Of a stretch of DNA of 64,000 nt, positions 19,396 through 28,234 are shown piece after piece. This DNA is from an uncultured Gemmatimonadales bacterium (lineage in GTDB: Bacteria; Gemmatimonadota; Gemmatimonadetes; Longimicrobiales; RSA9): NCBI GenBank assembly GCA_963798845.1, contig CAWCUS010000002.1, positions 320,001 to 384,000 of the forward strand. The letters run 5' to 3'. Position numbers and translations under genes: made by a program. A model generated the notes under the pieces. That model saw only the letters and a program-made list of their open reading frames with translations, had not been told where the DNA came from and made no database searches. Numbering within the stretch: position 1 is the first letter of the stretch; every line of letters begins with the position of its first letter.

Positions 19396-20916
19396 CTATC
19401 CTTCCAGCGCCGCGAGCAGCCGCCCGTGCACGCCGCCGAAGCTGCCGTTCGACATGAACAGCACCACATCCGCGGGGTGGAGCTCGGCCGCCAGCTGCTC
19501 GACGATGTCGTTCGTGTCGGGGATGTAGACGGCCGGGGTTCCGTCGGCCCTGATCTGGGCGACCAGCGCGTTCGGGTCCATGCCCGTGTCCGCATCGTAG
19601 CGTTCAGGGTGGAACAGCCCCGCCAGGATCACCTCGTCCGCGCTCCCCAGCGCCTTTCGGTACGCTTCCTGGAATTCACGGCGCTGCGCCGTGTAGCTGC
19701 GCGGCTCGAACACCGCCACCACCCGCCGGGCGCCGAAGCGCTGGCGCACCGCCGTGATGGTCTCCCGCACCGCGGTGGGATGGTGGGCGAAATCGTCGAT
19801 CACGGTGACGCCGCGCGCTTCTCCCCGGATCTCCATGCGACGGCGGACGCTGCGGAACGTCCGCAGCCCCTCCAGAATCCCGTCCCACTCCGCCCCCACG
19901 CTCACCGCCGCGGCGATGGCGGCCAGGCAGTTGCGGACATTGAACGCGCCGGTCAGCGGCGTGACCACGTCACCCAGGCACTCGCCGTCGTGGTAGACGT
20001 TGAAGATGGCGCCATCCGCGCCGTACTCGACCCCCTCTGCGCGCCAGCGGGGATGCTGCAGCGACGCGTCGAACCCCGCCGGTTCCGCTGATCCCGCCGC
20101 CCGCACCTCCCCCGTGGCCGCCGGCCGCGCCTCCCCTCGGCCCTTCTCCTGGGACGCCGACGCCGATGCCGCCCCCGATCCGAGCGCAAAGCTCTCCACG
20201 GGGGCGAACGACCTCCAGGCCAGCTCCCGGGCCGTAGGGCTCTCCCAGCCGGCCACCAGCGTCCCGTTCCGGGGGACCAGGTTCACGAAGCGGGAGAATG
20301 CGAAGCGGTAGGCTCGCTCGTCTCGGTAGATGTCCGCATGGTCGAACTCCAGGTTGGTCACCACCGCGGTGTGCGGCAGGTAGTGCCACATCTTCGGGCC
20401 CTTGTCGAAATAGGCGGTGTCGTACTCGTCCGCCTCGATCACGAACAGGTCCGACTCGGCCGCATCCACCAGCCGGAACGAGGTCCCGAAGTTTTCGGCC
20501 ACGCCGCCGATGAGGAAGGACGGCCGGAGCCCGGCCGATTCCAGCAGCCAGGCCGCAAGCGACGTGGTGGTCGTCTTCCCGTGCGTCCCGGCCACCGCCA
20601 GCACGCGTCGGTCGCGGAGGAACTCCTCCTTCACCGTGCTCGCCGCCGACGTGTACCGGAGCCTTCGTTCCAGGACGGCCTCCAGCTCCGGATTGCCCCG
20701 GGAGATCGCGTTTCCCACCACCACCATGTCCGGCGCCGGATGCAGGTTGGCCGGGTCGAACGACCGCGCGTACGCGATCCCCAGCTCGTCCAGCATGGTG
20801 GACATGGGCGGGTACACCCCCTCGTCCGACCCCGTCACCGCGTGTCCCGCGGCCCGCAGCAGCCCCGCCAGCGAGCCCATGGCCGTTCCGGCGATCCCGA
20901 TCAGGTGGTAGTGCAT
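19396..20916 (-). CDS. mpl: Murein peptide ligase Mpl (MurC-like)
   Basis: HLIGIAGTAMGSLAG, VVGNAISRGNPELE, AGTHGKTTTTS, EADEYDTAYFDKGPK, DDFAHHPTA, MSNGSFGG. Confidence 0.9.
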   Translation of the reverse strand: MHYHLIGIAGTAMGSLAGLLRAAGHAVTGSDEGVYPPMSTMLDELGIAYARSFDPANLHPAPDMVVVGNAISRGNPELEAVLERRLRYTSAASTVKEEFLRDRRVLAVAGTHGKTTTTSLAAWLLESAGLRPSFLIGGVAENFGTSFRLVDAAESDLFVIEADEYDTAYFDKGPKMWHYLPHTAVVTNLEFDHADIYRDERAYRFAFSRFVNLVPRNGTLVAGWESPTARELAWRSFAPVESFALGSGAASASASQEKGRGEARPAATGEVRAAGSAEPAGFDASLQHPRWRAEGVEYGADGAIFNVYHDGECLGDVVTPLTGAFNVRNCLAAIAAAVSVGAEWDGILEGLRTFRSVRRRMEIRGEARGVTVIDDFAHHPTAVRETITAVRQRFGARRVVAVFEPRSYTAQRREFQEAYRKALGSADEVILAGLFHPERYDADTGMDPNALVAQIRADGTPAVYIPDTNDIVEQLAAELHPADVVLFMSNGSFGGVHGRLLAALEG

Positions 20917-20993
20917 GGGAGGCAACATAGGGCAAGCCCTGCGCCGGGTCAGGTGCCGCAGCCGGTCCGCTCCTTGCGCGCGCCGTCCCCGTC

Positions 20994-22301
20994 ATGAGCA
21001 TCACGACGATCTTCCTGCTCGCCCTCGTCATCGTCATGGGCACGCTCCTGGGCTTCTTCGCGCTGGCCGGCTTCTTCTACGTCATGCGGGGCAACCCGGT
21101 GGAGGGGGTGCGCGTGGTCGGCGGCGAGGACAGCGTCCCCAACGTCTCGTCGTCGCTCTTCTGCGAGCAGGTGGAGCGGCACGTCAACGCGTCGCTCACC
21201 GGGGGCAACCGGCTCGATGTGCTGTTCAACGGCGAGGAAGTGTACCCGAGCCTGTGGTCCGACCTCGAGAGCGCCCGCTCGGTCATCACCTGGCACGTGT
21301 TCTGGTTCAAGCCCGGTGAGCTGGCGGCCCGGCTCAGCGACATCCTGATCGGCCGCCTGCGCGAGGGCGTCCGCGTGCTGCTCCTTCACGACGTATACGG
21401 CTCGTGGGGCGTGGACGAGGCGTACTGGGAGCGGCTTCGAAAGGCCGGCGCCGAAGTGCGTCCGTTCCGCCCGTTCCGCTGGGGCACCCTCTACAAGTGG
21501 CAGAAGCGCACGCACATGCGCACCGTCGTGATCGACGGGCGGGTGGGCTACACGGGCGGCTTCGCCATCCAGGATGACTGGCAGGGCGACGGGCTCCACC
21601 CCCACCAGTGGCGGGACACGAGCGTGCGCATCGAAGGGCCCGCCGTGCACGAGCTCCAGGCCGCGTTCGCAGCCGACTGGGCCGAGGCGGCGGGCGAGCT
21701 GCTGGTCGGCGATGACCTCTTCCCGCGCGAGCCGCTGGAGCTGGACGGGCCCCACGTCGCCGGCCTCATCTACGGCTCGCCGTCGGTGGGCAGCACGGAC
21801 ATGGAGCGCTTCTACGCCCTGACCATTGCCGGGGCGCGGGAGAGGCTCTGGATCACCAGCGCGTACTTCGTCCCCGACGATGACTTCCGTCGACTCCTCC
21901 TGGAGGCGGCCGCCGCGGGAGTGGACGTGCGCGTGCTCACGCCTGGCGGCAACACCGACAAGAAGTCCACCTGGTACGCCGCCCGCCGGCACTACGAGGC
22001 GCTGCTGGCGGGCGGGATCCGGCTCTACGAGTACGACCCGACCATGATCCACGCCAAGACGCTCAGCGTCGACGGCGTCTGGGGGGCGGTGGGCTCCGCG
22101 AACTTCGACAACCGCTCCATGTCCCTGAACGACGAGGTCGTGCTCATGATCAGCGCGCCCGACGTCGTCGGGCGTCTCGAAGACCGCTTCCGAACGGACC
22201 TCGAGCGGTCCACGGAGCTGGAGCTGGACCGGTTTCGCAGCCGTGGGCTGCCGGAGCGGGCGAAGGAGCGCTTCTGGGTCCTGCTCTCGCGGCTTCTCTA
22301 G
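20994..22301 (+). CDS. Cardiolipin synthase / phospholipase D family (ClsB-like)
   Basis: N-terminal TM, RTHMRTVVIDG..GYTGG, WRDT, ITSAYFVPD, IHAKTLSVDG..GSANFDNRS. Confidence 0.88.
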   Translation: MSITTIFLLALVIVMGTLLGFFALAGFFYVMRGNPVEGVRVVGGEDSVPNVSSSLFCEQVERHVNASLTGGNRLDVLFNGEEVYPSLWSDLESARSVITWHVFWFKPGELAARLSDILIGRLREGVRVLLLHDVYGSWGVDEAYWERLRKAGAEVRPFRPFRWGTLYKWQKRTHMRTVVIDGRVGYTGGFAIQDDWQGDGLHPHQWRDTSVRIEGPAVHELQAAFAADWAEAAGELLVGDDLFPREPLELDGPHVAGLIYGSPSVGSTDMERFYALTIAGARERLWITSAYFVPDDDFRRLLLEAAAAGVDVRVLTPGGNTDKKSTWYAARRHYEALLAGGIRLYEYDPTMIHAKTLSVDGVWGAVGSANFDNRSMSLNDEVVLMISAPDVVGRLEDRFRTDLERSTELELDRFRSRGLPERAKERFWVLLSRLL

Positions 22302-22353
22302 CGGTCCGCTTCGCGGGGCGCACGGTCCGGCTGGCGTCCGCCGTGACCCGGCG

Positions 22354-24472
22354 TCACTCGCAGCTCACGCGGATGCGGGCGTCCAGCGCCACCCCGCCCT
22401 GTTCGCGCACGAGGAACGGGTTGATGTCCAGCTCCTTGATGGCGGGGTTCTCGCCCATCAGCTGCGACACCCGCTGGATCACGTCCGCGATCGCTTCCTG
22501 GTCCGACGGCGGCTCGCCCCGGATCCCTTCGAGCACCTTCACCGCCCGGATCGAGCGGACCATCTCCCGGGCGTCGATGTCCGTGAGCGGATGGACGCGG
22601 AACACCACGTCCTTGAGCGCCTCCACGTACACGCCGCCCAGCCCGAACATGAGGAGCGGGCCGAAGGTGGGATCCGTGGTCCCGCCCACGATGGTCTCGC
22701 GGCCGCCCGAGGCGAACGGCTGGACCAGCACGCCGTCCAGGCGCGCGTCCGGGAGCGCGTCCGCGACCCGGGCCATCATGGCGAAGTACTCCTCGCGCAC
22801 CTCGTCCGCCGATCGCAGGTCCACGGCCACGCCGCCCACGTCGCTCTTATGCACCACGTCGGCAGACTCGATCTTCATCACCACAGGGAAGCCCAGCTCC
22901 GCCGCCACCGCCACCGCCGCATTCTGCGCTGCCCACGATGCGCGAGTCCAGAACCGGGATCCCGTAAGCGCGGAACACCGCCAGCGCGTCGGGGCCGGCC
23001 AGGTGCCCCGTCCCGCTCTCGCACGCCCGGGCGATGATCTGCCGCACCCTGTCCCGGTCCGCGTCCACCTCCAGCACCCGCCCTTCCGGCCGTTCCAGCC
23101 ACTTCCGGTACCGGTACATGGCCGCCAGCGCCTTGGACGCCGACTCGGGGAAGATGTAGCCGGGGACACCCGCCTCGTGGAGCTCTGCTCGGCCCTGCGG
23201 CAGCCCGTCACGGCCCATGAGCACCGCGAGCACCGGCTTCTGGTGACCCTTCTTCGCGGCCACGATCGCCGCCGCCACCTCCTCCTGGCGGATCCCCAGT
23301 GGTGGTACGAATGCCGCGATGGCCGCGTCCACGTTCTCGTCCCGGAGCACCCGGTCCAGAACCAGGCGGTACGACTCCGGCGTGGCCGACGCGATCATGT
23401 CCACCGGGTTCCGTACGCTCGCCTCCTCCGCGAGCACCTGCCGCAGCGCCGCCTGCGTCGCGTCCGACAGCTGCACCACTTCGAGACCCCTCGACTCGCA
23501 CGCGTCCGCGATTATGATCCCGGGGCCGCCCGCGTTCGTCACGATGGCGACACGGTTCCCCGCCGGGACAGGCAGCTCGTCGAACGCCATGGCCAGGTCG
23601 AACAGCTCCTCCACCGTGTCCACCCGTATCACACCGCACTGCGAGAGCAGCGCGTCCACTGCCACGTCCGCCCCTGCCAGCGCACCCGTGTGCGAGCTCG
23701 CCGCGCGCGCCCCTACGCCCGTCCGCCCCGCCTTCACCACGATGATCGGCTTCCTCTTCGTGATCTGCCGGGCCAGACGCGTGAACTTCTGCGGATTCCC
23801 GAAGTTCTCCAGGTACATGAGGATCACGCTCGTGCGCGGATCGTCGGCCCAGTACTGGATCAGGTCGTTCCCGCTCACGTCCGGCTTGTTGCCCACGCTC
23901 ACGAAGTCGTTGATCCCGATCCCGTACTCCGACGCGTAGTCCAGGATCGTCACCCCCATCGCACCCGACTGGCTCATCAGGCTCACCGGACCCGGCGGCG
24001 GCATGGTGGGCGCGAACGTCGCGTTCATGCTCAACTCCGGCGCCGTGCTCAGAACCCCCATGCAGTTCGGTCCCACCAGCCGCATGCCATAGCGACGCAC
24101 CCGCGCCATCAGCTCCGCTTCCAGCTGCGCCCCGGTGCCGCCCACCTCACGGAACCCGGCGGTGATCACCACCAGCCCGGCGATCCCCTTCGCCCCGCAC
24201 TCGTCCACCACCTCGAGAACGTACTGCTTCGGCACGACCACCATGGCCATGTCCACTTCCCCCGGGATCGCCGACACCGACGGGTAGCTCGGCACCGAGT
24301 GGATGGAGCGCGCGTTCGGATTCACCGGGTAGACCACCCCTTCGTAGCCGTGCCGCAGCAGGTTGTCCACGATCTGGTATCCGATCGTGCCCGGCCGACG
24401 GCTCGCCCCGATCACCGCGATGCTGCGCGGCCGGAGTATGGGGTCGAGTGAGCGGTTGTCGTCTTCGTACAT
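22354..24472 (-). CDS. ADP-forming acetate/acyl-CoA ligase (CoA-binding plus ATP-grasp), frameshifted near 22920
   Basis: PRSIAVIGAS, GPNCMG, SQSGA, AASSHTGALAG and NPVDM in one frame. ELGFPVVMKIES..HKSDVGGV, DPTFGP and ELDINP continue in another frame. Confidence 0.88.
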
Positions 24473-24614
24473 GGGCCTGCTATCCCTTTCACGGCGTGGC
24501 GCCGTCTGCGACCGTTTTTCGTGGCCGAAGTGTGGCGGATTCACCCGCGTTTGGCTATCCCCGCAGGAGGCAGGAAGCAGGAGGTGGGGCCGGGCGCGAC
24601 CGCCCCCGATGCGG

Positions 24615-24645
24615 AACGGCCGGGTGGTTTCCCCACCCGGCCGTT
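24615..24645 (-). terminator. 13-bp GC-rich hairpin downstream of the Omp85-family gene
   Basis: AACGGCCGGGTGG-TTTCC-CCACCCGGCCGTT perfect inverted repeat with only a short U tail. Confidence 0.55.
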
Positions 24646-24752
24646 GCGGCAGGCCGCCCTCGCGCGCGAAGCGCCCTCCCCGCAGCCCCGAGGCCACGGG
24701 TCCCAGCCCTCAGGCAACGCGTCCCGCAGCCGTCACGCCGCAGTTCGCCGTC

Positions 24753-27700
24753 TCACCACCCGGGCGCCAGCTGGAAGCCGAAGTGCCACCCCTTGTTCGG
24801 CCTCTGGAACGGATACGCGTAGTAGATCTCCAGCACCGCGAAGCCGAGGACGTTGAAACGGCTCGTGATCCCGGCGCTCACCACGGGCGTGCGCTCGCCC
24901 GGTGCGTTCCACTTCCACACGGGCGTGCAGCTCAGTCCCTGGGAGTCCGTGCTGCTGCCGTCATTGCCGCAGGAGCGGCTGTTCCACGCCACGCCCGCAT
25001 CCACGAACCCCGCCAGCTCGGTCGGGACGAACGGGAAGTTGATCAGCCCGAACCCGGGAACGCCGAACAGCGGGAGTCGGAGCTCCGCGCTCGCCACGGC
25101 GAGCTTCGAGCCCAGCAGTCGGTTGAAGACGGGGCACCCGCCGTTGACGCCCGTGGCGCCGCACTCGCTGCTGCTGAACGAGTTGTAGTCGTAGCCGCGC
25201 ACCAGCGTCTCGTAGCCGAGGAAGAGCTGCTGCGTGAAAAGCGGGTTCCCGTTTTCGGCGTCGGGGCCGTAGCGGCCGTAGTGCATCCCGCGCACGGCGA
25301 GCGTGAAGGGGTAGTGCCAGAAGTACCGCCGGTAGTCGGCGAGGGCGTTCACCATGTTGAGGCCGCCGAACATCGGCGAAACCTCGAACCGGAACCGGCC
25401 GCCCCGGACCGGCGACGTGAAGCCGAAATTGGACCAGTCGCCGACGTACGCGAAGGTCGCGGTCCCCATGCTCAGCGGGTGGGCCAGCTCGGAAGGCAGC
25501 GTGTCCGACGTGGTCTCGCTCCCGAGCTGCTGACCCGTGGCGGCGTCGTAGTAGACGCGCAGCGTCTCGAGCCCGAAGCCGTAGCGCATGTACCCGGCGT
25601 TCACCTCGAAGCGCCGCGTCTGCGACCGTGGGAACTCGAACAGCGCCACCGCCTGATCCTGGTAGATGCGGAACAGCTGGAGGTCCTGCTCCACCGCGGG
25701 ACGGCCGTTGAAGCTGGACTGCGGATCGTAGAAGTAGTAGCCCAGCCGATATGGAATATGACCCGCGAGCAGGCCCCAGTTCAGGTGCCCCTTCCGGTTC
25801 ACGTACTGCACCTGGCCGCCCACGTCCTTGAACGTGCCGTTGGCCTGAACGGCGGCCATGAGCTGGCGGTTGCCCAGCATGTCGCTCCAGTACGTGGCCA
25901 CCGCCCCCTGCACCATCGTGCCGAACGGGCCGCCGAACGATGCACCCAGCGTGGGCACGCCCACGTAGTCCAGCGCCAGCCGCGCACCGTAGTCCCCGCT
26001 CGGGAAAACGGTGTCGCGCGGCAGCCCCCGCAGCGGCTCCGCCATGTACGAGGCCACGATCCCGCGCTCCGCCGCTTCCATCGGCGGCAGGATCGCCGCC
26101 GGCTGTACGCCCGCGAAACGGTTCTGCACCGGCTGCGCTCGCGCTTCCACCTGCGCCGCGTCCATCCGGTAGACTGTGTAGTTCCCCTCGTTGAACACGG
26201 AGAACATGATGTCGCCGGTCTGCTGCGCGATGGTCAGCGCCGGCGACAGGTCCGTGATCCCGCTCACGCCCGTGGCGATCCGCGTGATCCGCTGGATCTC
26301 CCCCGACGCGAGCCGCACGCGGTACACGTCCTGGAAGCCGTCGGCGTCGCTGATGAAGTAGAGCCACTCACCGTTCGGGCCGTAATGCGGGTCAATGTGC
26401 TTCCCTCCCGCGAACAGGTCCAGCATCCGGACCTGGCGCGTGCCCATGTCCATCAGGCCGATCCGCATGTTGCCGTATTCGAGGGTCTTCAGGTCCGTCC
26501 CCGCCCGGTCCGTCACGAAGGCCAGCGTCCGGCCGTCCGGCGACCACGACGGCTGCAGCTCCGCGTACGGGTCGTTCGTCAGCTGCTCCGCTCGCCCGGT
26601 CTCCGCGTCCACCAGGTACAGGTTGCTCATTCCCCCGCTGTTCCCGGCCACCGCGATCATTCGCCCGTCCGGCGACCACGCCGGTGAGTTCAGCGCGCCC
26701 ACCCCCTCGATCCGGATGTGCCGCACGATCTCCCGGTCCGCCAGCCGGATCACCGCCAGCTCCTCATCCCCGTCCGCGAACGCCGTGAACGCCATCTCCT
26801 TCCCGTCCGGCGACCACGCACCCGCCGATTCCAGGAAGCTCAGCGCGTCGAAGTGCAGGCTCGTCTCGCTGTCCGCCACCTTCTTCACCACCTCGCCCGT
26901 GTGCGCATCCGCCAGGAACAGCGTGATCTCGAACAGCGCACGCTCGCTGTAGAACGCCACGTACCGGCCGTCCGGGCTCAGCGCCGGGCCCACGTTCATG
27001 TCCCCGGCGTCAATGTCCTTGGCCAGGATCTTCTGCGCCACCTCGCCCGGTCGGTCCTTCCCCTCCATCAGCGGCAGGTAGTGCGCACGCAGCGCTGTCA
27101 GCCAGTCCTGGTTCAGCTGGTCCGACGACGTCCGCAGCACCCGCTTCACGGCCGCGCTCCAGCCGTCCTGCAGCGACGCCTTGAACAGGTCCGTCACCGC
27201 CCGGTCACCCCAGCGACCCCCGATGTACGCCCACAGCGCCTGACCGTACCGGTACGGGAAGAAGCGCCGGTCCGACGTCAGCTGCTGGAACGACGGAAGG
27301 TCCCCCCGCAGCGCCGCGTCCCGCATCCACATCGCCGTCAACGGATCGTCACGCCCCTTCGACAGGTACTCCGCCATCCCTTCGATCAGCCAGAGCGGCA
27401 GCGCCCCGATCCCCTGCTGGCCCATCGCGCCCATCTTCTGCGCGATGTCGTACTGGAACGCGTGCACCAGCTCGTGTCCCAGCACGTGGTCGTTGTCCGC
27501 GTATACCCCCGTCAGCGGCAGCACCACCCGGTTCTTCACCGACTCCGTGAACCCGCCCGTCCCCTCGCCGACCTGTCCTTCCGTCGTGTTCGTCTGCTGG
27601 AAATCCGGGTGGTTCGCGTACAGGATCACCGGCTTCGCGCTGCTGAACTGATGGTTGAATACACGCGAAAGCCGCGCGTACCACCGCTCCCCCATCCGCC

Positions 27701-27914
27701 CCGCATCCTCGACCGCCGCCTTCTCCTCCGGATAGAAGTAGAAGTCGAAATGATCCGTGTGCAGCTCCTGCCAGTCGAAGTCCTCGTACTGCACCTTGTT
27801 CCGGCCGAAGTACTGTGCGCTCGCCGCAGCCGGGGCCACGCCGAGCCCCAGGGACGCCGCCACCAGCATCCACACGCTCCGCGTTCCCCGCCTGCTCCTC
27901 CTCGCTTCAGCCAT
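24753..27914 (-). CDS. Outer-membrane protein: gluzincin metallopeptidase, PD40/TolB-like propeller and Omp85/BamA-type barrel
   Basis: Signal peptide ASA|QYFGRNKVQY, GHELVH plus WLIEGMAEY zinc motifs, repeated (P/A)xWSPDG units, VRGY barrel motif, ELRLP, FVDAG, C-terminal FGFQLAPGW. Confidence 0.85.
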   Translation of the reverse strand: MAEARRSRRGTRSVWMLVAASLGLGVAPAAASAQYFGRNKVQYEDFDWQELHTDHFDFYFYPEEKAAVEDAGRMGERWYARLSRVFNHQFSSAKPVILYANHPDFQQTNTTEGQVGEGTGGFTESVKNRVVLPLTGVYADNDHVLGHELVHAFQYDIAQKMGAMGQQGIGALPLWLIEGMAEYLSKGRDDPLTAMWMRDAALRGDLPSFQQLTSDRRFFPYRYGQALWAYIGGRWGDRAVTDLFKASLQDGWSAAVKRVLRTSSDQLNQDWLTALRAHYLPLMEGKDRPGEVAQKILAKDIDAGDMNVGPALSPDGRYVAFYSERALFEITLFLADAHTGEVVKKVADSETSLHFDALSFLESAGAWSPDGKEMAFTAFADGDEELAVIRLADREIVRHIRIEGVGALNSPAWSPDGRMIAVAGNSGGMSNLYLVDAETGRAEQLTNDPYAELQPSWSPDGRTLAFVTDRAGTDLKTLEYGNMRIGLMDMGTRQVRMLDLFAGGKHIDPHYGPNGEWLYFISDADGFQDVYRVRLASGEIQRITRIATGVSGITDLSPALTIAQQTGDIMFSVFNEGNYTVYRMDAAQVEARAQPVQNRFAGVQPAAILPPMEAAERGIVASYMAEPLRGLPRDTVFPSGDYGARLALDYVGVPTLGASFGGPFGTMVQGAVATYWSDMLGNRQLMAAVQANGTFKDVGGQVQYVNRKGHLNWGLLAGHIPYRLGYYFYDPQSSFNGRPAVEQDLQLFRIYQDQAVALFEFPRSQTRRFEVNAGYMRYGFGLETLRVYYDAATGQQLGSETTSDTLPSELAHPLSMGTATFAYVGDWSNFGFTSPVRGGRFRFEVSPMFGGLNMVNALADYRRYFWHYPFTLAVRGMHYGRYGPDAENGNPLFTQQLFLGYETLVRGYDYNSFSSSECGATGVNGGCPVFNRLLGSKLAVASAELRLPLFGVPGFGLINFPFVPTELAGFVDAGVAWNSRSCGNDGSSTDSQGLSCTPVWKWNAPGERTPVVSAGITSRFNVLGFAVLEIYYAYPFQRPNKGWHFGFQLAPGW

Positions 27915-28005
27915 CCCGTCTCCTCTCGCTGCGGCCTCCGTCCAGGCCCGCTTCCAACGTGCTCTCACGCCCCCGGCCCCCGGCCGTGCGCCCGCTCCCC
28001 CTCGT

Positions 28006-28060
28006 ACGCCCGCTTCGCGCACGCCCGCCTCCCGACGCCCGCCTCCCGACGCCCGCCTTC
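28006..28060. repeat. About 4 copies of a 14-15 bp unit ACGCCCGC(C/T)TC(CCG)
   Basis: Exact ACGCCCGCCTCCCG at 28021 and 28035, partial copies at 28006 and 28049. Confidence 0.75.
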
Positions 28061-28080
28061 TTCCATAGAACGCGCCTGCG

Positions 28081-28096
28081 CGCAAAGCGTGTACCA
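28081..28096 (-). promoter_or_regulatory. Putative sigma-54 promoter of the Omp85-family gene
   Basis: Minus strand TGGTACACGCTTTGCG matches TGGYAC-N-TTGC with exact GG-N10-GC spacing. Confidence 0.6.
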
Positions 28097-28234
28097 TGGG
28101 CCCGCTCTCGCGACTCGCCCCGCCGTCAACCAAAGCAATACCTCCACCACGGCCATCCCGTTCCCTGGGCCCTGCCCGGATTTTGCAATGCGCCACCCTT
28201 GCAATCTGCAAGTGGGCGCGCTAGCCTTGTCGCC

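Noticed and set aside
28100..28234. Replication origin at the local skew switch
   Set aside because: No dnaA/dnaN, no DnaA-box cluster or AT-rich unwinding element, and the skew appears to extend only a few kb
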